DNA of 64,000 nucleotides from Vicinamibacterales bacterium (GTDB lineage Bacteria; Acidobacteriota; Vicinamibacteria; Vicinamibacterales; UBA2999): NCBI GenBank assembly GCA_965262505.1, contig CBDHFM010000012.1, positions 37,268 to 101,267 of the forward strand, read 5' to 3'. Shown piece by piece: positions 56,837 to 64,000 of this stretch (position 1 is its first letter; each line of letters starts with the position of its first letter). The notes under the pieces were generated by a model. It saw only the letters and a program-made list of their open reading frames with translations, ran no database searches and was not told where the DNA came from. The position numbers and the translations under genes were made by a program.

Positions 56837-57220
56837 CGTACATATAGTACAGATCAAGTAATACGTACGTACAAGCACGTAAAAGCCGTCGAGTTGTCTA
56901 TTTTTAAGACGACAGGCCGCTGTTCTCCTTGGACACGGATTTCGGAAGAATCCAAAGGTTTCAGGAGGTGGGAAGAGAGGATTTAATCGCGAAAGGTGAC
57001 TAGATAAACTGTTGAATGCGGCGCTGGACAGGAACACCGTCCACTGGGGAGACGAGCCCACACGAGATGGTGGTGTGACCCAACATATTATTTCGAGTGG
57101 AACCGACCGGTTTTACAACTGCCGAGCACCCGTAGAGTAAACTGTCGCAGCGGTGCGGCTCAAACGCCGAAGAGGGGAGAAGGATACCCATCGATTCGGA
57201 TTTCCCGGTCACGACAGATC

Positions 57221-57652
57221 GTGACCGGTGACGGCACTCAGTCCGCTATACTCAACAATTCAAACATTTCAAGGAGTTTTATTTTGCCGAGATTCCTCGC
57301 CCTGTATCGTGGCGGCGACGCCAGGAAGCTTTCACCAAAGGAAAACGAAATCCTCTCCAAAAAGTGGAGTCTATACAGGGAGAAGCTGGTCAAGGCCGGT
57401 GCCCTGAAGGATGGCGGTCGCGTGCAAAGTTCAGCGGCCACGCAATTAGTTGGTAAAGCCCGGGAGATCAAGGAAAAGCGCGTCGGGAATCATGCCAGTT
57501 TCGTGGATAGCTACTGCCTACTGGAAGGCAAGAGCATGAAAGCGCTTCAACGACTTTCGAAGACGTGCCCTCATTTAACCATGATGGACGGCACCATTGA
57601 GATTATTCCTGTGATCGAGGAGGCCATCACAACCCCTCCTGAAAGTGCGTGA
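57221..57652 (+). CDS. Hypothetical protein (possibly a fragment), lower GC
   Basis: Protein-like 143-aa ORF with no recognised motif. Confidence 0.4.
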   Translation: MTGDGTQSAILNNSNISRSFILPRFLALYRGGDARKLSPKENEILSKKWSLYREKLVKAGALKDGGRVQSSAATQLVGKAREIKEKRVGNHASFVDSYCLLEGKSMKALQRLSKTCPHLTMMDGTIEIIPVIEEAITTPPESA

Positions 57653-57838
57653 TAAGGGACCGGGGCTGGTCTCACGGCCAGAGTTCCTTGGCTGACCTAA
57701 GGAGGATCGCCACGGGCACGCCAAGGATCTAATGGCTTTACACCACCAGGAACCCTGGAGAGAGCGGTCCCACCGCCAGCCGTAGAAATCCCCTACCCGG
57801 CGGGCACCGTTGGCGCCTGTGCCTCGCATAGTTTTCAG

Positions 57839-58408
57839 ATGCGCTACTTCTTTGGATTATTGACGGTGACGTGGCTGGTTGCTGCAGGCACGCTCCAGGC
57901 TCAAGACTTTACGGTCTTTGGCGGATTCCAGCACCCTGGCACCCTCACGCTGAGGTCAGGAGTGGAGGGGGTAGGCCGTGTTGCTGGAGTGCAGTCTGGA
58001 ACCTCCCTGGACGAGGTTCGGATTAACCCTAATGATTTTGGAATCACCGGAGTACGGTTGTACCTTTCGGCCGCACCGTTGGGACTGGAGCACACCGTCG
58101 CGTACATCCCAACCTTTATTGACACCGAGGGCCGCGCCTTTCTCTACAGTACGAATCTACGGCTGGAATTACCCACCGGTAGATTCCGGCCTTACGCGAC
58201 CGCCGGTGGAGGTTTGTTTTATGGTGGCGGTGACGGGATTGCCAGCTTCGGCACGAAGTACAGTTTCAACTATGGGGCTGGGATGATAGTGCAGTTTACG
58301 GGACTCCTCGGGCTTCGCTTTGATGCCCGCATGTATTCGATACGCGGCATTGAGGAACACCCGCTGAATCTTCTCGAGGCGAGTGGTGGGATCTTTGTTG
58401 GATTTTAA
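57839..58408 (+). CDS. Outer-membrane beta-barrel protein
   Basis: Signal peptide, RPYATAGGG, FNYGAG and C-terminal Phe. Confidence 0.8.
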   Translation: MRYFFGLLTVTWLVAAGTLQAQDFTVFGGFQHPGTLTLRSGVEGVGRVAGVQSGTSLDEVRINPNDFGITGVRLYLSAAPLGLEHTVAYIPTFIDTEGRAFLYSTNLRLELPTGRFRPYATAGGGLFYGGGDGIASFGTKYSFNYGAGMIVQFTGLLGLRFDARMYSIRGIEEHPLNLLEASGGIFVGF

Positions 58409-59026
58409 AACGGATTTTGCTTATATATAGCACGCTCCCGTGGCACTCCTGACGCGCAGGGGGGTGCCAATGACCGCGTACTTGATGAATCTCCGGCTCC
58501 GGGTGCTATGCCATGCGGATACGGGTTTCCCGCCCAACGAGTTCACCGAGAAGTATTCTGTCAGCCGCGCATTCCATCGACCTGGCCGCAGACACCCTCA
58601 GAACTGTCGCTTCTAATAACATATTCGCTGTGTGTTCGTATGGTCGCTCGGCTGAAACAGCATCACCGCGAGAGCGGCGAGATCGCGCCACGGTCACCAA
58701 GTGGGGGGCCAGGACGGGCCGCGGCCCATGTCGTTGGGCCCGCGGGGCAATGCCATCGGTCTCGCGCCGGCGTTATTTGAGCCGTCGGACCTACGAGGCG
58801 CTCACAGGGTAGGTTACGGTCACCGCCGCGGCGGATCAACCGGCGTCACGCTCGAGCAAAAACGCGTTCGCGAAGATCTTGAAGATCTTATGGAAGAGGC
58901 GCGCACGGACCCGCCTGTGTGGGCGTTGCACACAGAAGTACCATAACCCGCCTATCGAGGCCTAAAGCGAATTGCACTTGTACGTAGTACGCGGGTTGTG
59001 GTACTCCTGTGGCGCAGGAGGTGGCC

Positions 59027-59597
59027 ATGGCCGCGTACTCGATGGACCTACGACTCCGGGTGCTGCGCGATGCGGCCGCGGGGTTGCCGTCGGACGAACT
59101 CGCCGAGAAGTACTCCGTCAATCGCGCGTGGGTCGATCGGCTGAAGCCGCGGCGGCGCGAAACCGGCGAGGTGGCGCCCCGCAAGCAAACCCGCTGGCGC
59201 CCGCCGATCCTCCACGCCCAGCTCACGGAGCTGGCGGCCCTGACCCGCGAGCAGCCGGATCGCCCGCTGGCCGAATGACAGGAGGCCCTGCGCACGCCGG
59301 CGAGTCTCCCCACGCTGTGCCGCACGATCAAACGGCTCGGCGTCCGGTTTAAAAAAACGGGACACGCGTCGGAACACGCTCGCGCTGACGTCCGCCGCGC
59401 CCGCACGGCCTGGCGCGCCGCGGCGCCGACGCTCGATCCCGCGCGCCTCGTGTTTCTCGATGAGAGTGGTGTGCGGACTGATCTGATTCGCCGCGCTGGC
59501 CGCGGGCTGTCCGGCGCCCGGGTCCCCGACCACACGCCGGATGGCCGCTGGCACACCACGACGTTTCTCTGAGCGTTGCGCGTGACAGGCCTCACCG
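59027..59597 (+). pseudogene. IS630-family transposase pseudogene
   Basis: MAAYSMDLRLRVL, AAAAAAAC slip site, LVFLDESG; internal stops; truncated. Confidence 0.8.
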
Positions 59598-59599
59598 CT

Positions 59600-60090
59600 G
59601 ATGGCCAACTGGAAGAAGACGGCTCGATAGACGGTGCTGGCCGGCTTTCTCGGGGAACCACGAGCGGCAGGAGGCCTCTCGGGAGACCGAGGTCCAGGAG
59701 CTGCGGGCAAAGATCGGAGAACTCGTCATCGCGCGGGATTTTTTATCGAAGGCCTTCGGTCGGTGAGCCGCGGCCGGAGAGTCGAGATGGTCGATCCCAC
59801 CACGGATCAGCATCGTACGGCAATGCCGCTTGGTGTCGATCACCCGCTCGTCGTTCTACTACGCGGGCACGGGCGAGAGCCCGTTGACCCTGCGCCTGAG
59901 GCGGTTGATCATCGACGAGCAGTTCTTGGAGACGCCGTTCTACGGCTCGCGGCAGATGACACGCTGGCTCCGCCGTCAGGGCGACATGGTCTCTCGCAAG
60001 CGGGGGCGCCGCCTGATGCGACTGCTGGGGGTGCACGCGCTCTACCAGCGGCCTAGGACGTCTCAGCCGCACCCGGCGCACCGGATCTAT
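59600..60090 (+). pseudogene. IS3-family remnant (orfA end, orfB start)
   Basis: [21 protein letters not shown]; [17 protein letters not shown]...YQRPRTS. Confidence 0.75.
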
Positions 60091-60475
60091 CATGGCGTGG
60101 CGATCGTCGGTGATACGGTATTTCACGGCCAGCACCGCTTCAGCGAACTTGGTGGCCATCCCGACCAGGCCGGTCATCCACATCCAGAAGAGTGCGCCGG
60201 GGCCGCCGGCCGCGAGGGCGGTGGCGACGCCCGCGATGTTGCCGGTGCCGACGGTCGCCGCCAAGGCCGTCATGAGCGCCTGATAGTGGGAAACATCACC
60301 CGTACCGCCTGTCTCGTCGCGGACGACCAGCGCGAGTCGTAGACTCGGTACAAGTGTTGTGAACTGCACGCCCCGGAGGCGGAGCGTGAGGAAAATGCCC
60401 GTGCCGACGAGCAGCGCGAGCAGCGGTGGGCCCCACACGACGTCGGAGAGCGTGGTGAGGGTCGTCTCGAGGAAT
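60088..60475 (-). pseudogene. Truncated alanine/glycine:cation symporter (AgcS)
   Basis: [30 protein letters not shown]...KFAE...KYR; abuts the IS3 remnant. Confidence 0.85.
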
Positions 60476-60720
60476 AATCTTCAGTGCCTACTAGTGTCTG
60501 GTTCCAAGGCTTGCCTGTCGGTGCTAAAACTTCATCGTCGCATCGCGAGACGGACGTGACGGCTGGTAAGTCCGGTGCCAGGCCCCTGTCGAACCCCTTA
60601 AAGACCCCGATGCCACGTCCGTTCCCAGCGCCGGGCGAACGTCCGGAGCATGTAGCGGCGGTGTCACGTGGGCACATAGTTGGATTGACAAGGTAGCCAC
60701 TAGTTGCTACCTTGTAATAC

Positions 60721-61011
60721 ATGAGATCGGTTGGAATCAAGATGCTCAACAACCGTCTAAGCGAGTACGTGCGGCTGGCGTCATCGGGCGAAACCGTTCT
60801 GGTGACAGATCGTGACCGAGTCGTCGCTGAAATCGGGCCACCGCGAGAAACCAGGAGCCCGATTCTTGCCGACATACAACTGGCCGAGGCGGTGCGCAAG
60901 GGCTGGTTGACGCCACCGGCGCTGCTCGTTGGGGAGCCTCCTCTGCCGGCACCGGTGGCACCACTCCGAGACCTTCTCGCTGAATTAGAGGGTGATAGAA
61001 GCGAACGGTGA
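60721..61011 (+). CDS. Phd/YefM antitoxin
   Basis: VGIKMLNNRLSEYVR...GETVLVTDR; TTGACA-17-TACCTT promoter overlapped by an IR (aaggtagc...gctacctt). Confidence 0.85.
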   Translation: MRSVGIKMLNNRLSEYVRLASSGETVLVTDRDRVVAEIGPPRETRSPILADIQLAEAVRKGWLTPPALLVGEPPLPAPVAPLRDLLAELEGDRSER

Positions 61012-61409
61012 TCTATCTCGATACCTCGGTTGTGCTTGCCCAGCTGCTGGCCGAAGACCACCGTCCGCCCGCCTCGCTTTGGAGCGAGACCTTGGTGGCC
61101 AGCCGGTTGATGGAGTACGAGATCTGGACCCGGCTGCACGCGCGCACGCTTGCCGATTCCCACGGCGAGTCGGCCCGCCGCCTCATCGGACGAATCGCGC
61201 TGTTAGAGCTTTCTCCACCGGTGCTTGAACGCGCGCTGGAGGCCTTTCCAGAGTCTGTTCCCGTGCGCACGCTCGATGCCCTACATCTGGCGTCCTGCGA
61301 ATACCTGAGCCACCTGGGCCAGGCGATCGCACTGGCCAGCTATGACCACCGGATGACCGCCATCGCCCGTGCCATGAACATCCCCCTCTTTGACCTGGAA
61401 CCCTCCTGA
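61008..61409 (+). CDS. vapC: VapC/PIN toxin
   Basis: IYLDTSV, RTLDALHLAS and YD. Confidence 0.88.
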   Translation: MIYLDTSVVLAQLLAEDHRPPASLWSETLVASRLMEYEIWTRLHARTLADSHGESARRLIGRIALLELSPPVLERALEAFPESVPVRTLDALHLASCEYLSHLGQAIALASYDHRMTAIARAMNIPLFDLEPS

Positions 61410-62557
61410 ATCAGTTGCGGGAGCGATGGGGGATGAGGAGCAAAGACGAACAGCAGAAACCGCGGCGGGAGCGCGCGAGGGGATCGGACGCTTTTCGGCT
61501 GATGGCGGGGTAGTGTCCTCGTGAATGAATGGAAGTCCCTGACGAGCTGCGGTGGCTGCTCCTGGGCCTGGCCGGGCTGGTCGTGCTGCGCCTGGTGCGC
61601 GGGCTCCTGCGGCTCCTGATGGGTGGGTCATCCCGGAGATTCCAGGCCCGGCCCTGACGGGCCTCGTGGCCGGCGCGATCGCGGCCGGGCTCTTGCTCCT
61701 GCGCCGTGTCTTGCCGGCCATTGTCGCATTCGTCCTGGTTGGCAGGGGCGTCGGACGCGCCGCGCGCCGCGCTAAGGGCGTGCGCGGCAGCCGCCTGCAT
61801 GCCGGCATCGCTATCGCGGAGGACGCGTTCGCGAAGCGGCGCGGGCCGTCGCATCTCGGCGGCGTCAACGGCTGGTGCCGTCCTCCGCTTGTCTGTTTAC
61901 GATTGGCGAGGAATGGGCCTTGAGATGGCCCAGCCCAGGCGGCGCCTCTGGCAAAGCGCCGCCGGGCAGGCGGTGGTCGGACCGTGTCCTTCGCGGGCCG
62001 TCGAGGGGCCGTAGCGCAGTGTGGTCGCCCGTATCATTGGCATTCTTGGCATCGCCGCATCCGTGAGGTCAAGTTTCGGCTTATCACCAGGAGATGTCAC
62101 ATTCTGGGAGTGATGGAAGAAAGGCGAGCCAAGTCCTGCGACAGGCGCCGGGCTGCCTTGGAACTCGCGCGTCTCATGGTCGTCCACGAGATCGAAGGCC
62201 ACCCGCTCGGCCTTGATCGCGGTCTTGAGCACCGGTGTTTTCGGCGGCAATCCCAGACGCAACTTGAGAACCACCCAAGACCGACGCATATTATGGTCCA
62301 CCTAGAGCGACTCCATCCGCGAGCTGACGGGAGACTACAACTGGCGGCAGAACAAGTAAGTCGAACTTCCGACTCCTCACGCCGCTCAATCGGCCTGAAC
62401 GTACGATCTTGCCCGTTTGGTGAGGTGACCCCTGCTTGCCTATGGCCGAAGTGGAAATGCGCTCGACGAGATTCCGCGTCACCGTTCACTGCCGGCGGTC
62501 ATCGATACGTCGCGTATCGCCTGCCGCGCGGTAGAGGCCGTCCTGGACGAGTGGCCG

Positions 62558-64000
62558 TCAGCTTCCAAACCGATAGGTTAGCGCCACTTTGAGCCGGCGG
62601 CCCTTCGGGTCATGCGTGAAGCCGTCGTACGATTGCTCGATGTTGGCCCAGGGCGGGATCCGGCCGGTCAGGTTCAACGCATAGAGGGTGAGATCGATGC
62701 CGCTGTCTGGGAAGCGCCACAGGAAACTCGTATCCCACGTGAGAAATGGGTCGATGACGGGGGCGGTGGTGGTGCTGCCAGGATCCTCGTAGGACGAGAT
62801 GTAGCTCACGTAGTTCGCCAACCTGTAGGCGTTCCAGCTGTACGACGCCGACCAGCGGCTCTTCCAGCGGGGCAGCGGCACCGCGACCGGGTGGGCAAAG
62901 TTCAGGTAGCCGGCGGTGTTCCGCCTGGTGTAGAGCGTCAGGTCCGTGCCCTCCAGCATCAGTGCCTTCGTCTCGTACTCCACCGTGTAGGTGGAATCCC
63001 AACTGGCCGAGAGCTGGCCTGGTCCGGCGTCGAAGCGAGCGGCGAGGTGGGTGTCGATCCCGGAGGTGGTGAGCCCTGGCCAGTTCACGAGGTCGAGCTG
63101 GACTCGTTCGAGGTTCGCGGCGGCACATCGGCTGGCAGGCAGCAGATCCGAGGCCTTGCCGTCCGGACAGACGATGAATGGTGACAGGGCATCACGGGTC
63201 GCCGGGTCGTCGCTGTTGTAGAGGCTGGTGACCGCGTCGTAGGGCATCGAGCCGATCACGTGCTCGAAGTCATAGCTCCAGTAATCGACCGTCGCTTCGA
63301 CGCCTCCCTCCAGGAACAGCACCGCACCGACGTTGTAGGTAAATGCCTGCTCGGGGAGGAGGTCCGGGCGCCCGAACCGGTCGACCGCCTGGTAGGCGCC
63401 CGTCTCCGGGATCCACTCCAGGGTTGTCAGCGGGCTCGGGTTCAGGTCGTCGAGCGACGGTGTCCGGAACGTCGTCTGCACCGAGCCGCGCAGCGCCAAG
63501 GAGTACTGCAGGGTCTCAGCGACCTGCAGGCGCCCACCGATTTTCGGATCGAAGCTGCTGACATGCCGGCCGGCGACATTGTAAAACTCGTAGTTCGCGG
63601 CAAGCTGCGTGTCGACTCGGGGGCCAATGCGCAGCGCGAGTTCGCCGAAGACCCGCTGTACCTGCTGGTCCGCCTGATAGGGCCGGTGGACGTTGGTGAA
63701 CAGGTAGGGGCCGAACCGGTCGCCCGCCGCGCAGCCCGTGTCGCCCGCCACCGGGCACGGGTTCAGGGTCACGTCGCCGGGAGCGTTCGGGTCACCATCG
63801 GCGCGCATCCCGCGGTACTGGTACCCGACGGCGAAGTCAGCCACGTTCTCGACGAGGCTGCCGCTCAGCGTCGCGTCCGCCACGAACAGGTCGGTCGTGC
63901 TGACCAGGTCCACTTCCTCGTTGAGCCACAGCCGCAACGCATCGGGGTTCGCCAGACCGGCGCCGTAGTCAGGGTTTGGCGTGCTTTCGAACGGCGACCC
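62558..64000 (-). CDS. TonB-dependent receptor, C-terminal part (runs off the window)
   Basis: FRTPSL, LLPEQA, amphipathic strands, NLTG.PP and terminal GRRLKVALTYRF. Confidence 0.85.
   Translation of the reverse strand, partial: GSPFESTPNPDYGAGLANPDALRLWLNEEVDLVSTTDLFVADATLSGSLVENVADFAVGYQYRGMRADGDPNAPGDVTLNPCPVAGDTGCAAGDRFGPYLFTNVHRPYQADQQVQRVFGELALRIGPRVDTQLAANYEFYNVAGRHVSSFDPKIGGRLQVAETLQYSLALRGSVQTTFRTPSLDDLNPSPLTTLEWIPETGAYQAVDRFGRPDLLPEQAFTYNVGAVLFLEGGVEATVDYWSYDFEHVIGSMPYDAVTSLYNSDDPATRDALSPFIVCPDGKASDLLPASRCAAANLERVQLDLVNWPGLTTSGIDTHLAARFDAGPGQLSASWDSTYTVEYETKALMLEGTDLTLYTRRNTAGYLNFAHPVAVPLPRWKSRWSASYSWNAYRLANYVSYISSYEDPGSTTTAPVIDPFLTWDTSFLWRFPDSGIDLTLYALNLTGRIPPWANIEQSYDGFTHDPKGRRLKVALTYRFGS

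Noticed and set aside
55037-56986. Long alternative-frame or antisense ORFs (also 6767-8503, 18623-19894, 46582-47949, 49858-50898)
   Set aside because: They are shadows of well-supported genes in high-GC DNA and have no recognisable motifs.
61411-62550. ORFs between vapC and the TonB-dependent receptor
   Set aside because: Overlapping low-complexity frames with no recognisable family or clear start signals.

Overview
High-GC bacterial accessory region (host not identifiable from sequence alone). The left 48.5 kb holds two related integrative elements in tandem: element A (about 12.1 kb, a deletion-derived mobilisable element with a coupling protein but no VirB machinery) and element B (about 34.3 kb, a full ICE with a cI/cro-like switch, ArdC, virB2-3-4-9-10-5-6-8, virD4, virB11, a RepA/iteron/ParA replicon and two TA pairs). 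Two features look undescribed. (1) Each element has two P4-like integrase genes, one intact and one split at the R-Y-[C/G]-D-G motif into a 5' piece and an oppositely oriented 3' piece. Inverting the 1.5-1.6 kb segment between 7-bp-overlap core-like sites rebuilds a 404 or 411 aa integrase in frame directly behind the intact one, which suggests an invertible ON/OFF switch for an integrase. (2) Both elements appear to integrate in the 5' leader of a large IPTL-CTERM surface-protein gene and each carries a complete variant of that gene. Only the rightmost of the three alleles sits behind the predicted promoter, so integration or excision would swap the expressed surface protein. The right 15.5 kb contains IS256, IS1182, IS3 and IS630 elements or remnants, a second parA/repA/iteron replicon, a DUF169 gene, an outer-membrane beta-barrel, a truncated AgcS symporter, a Phd/VapC pair and the 3' part of a TonB-dependent receptor. 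All family calls are motif recognition by eye, with no database searches.
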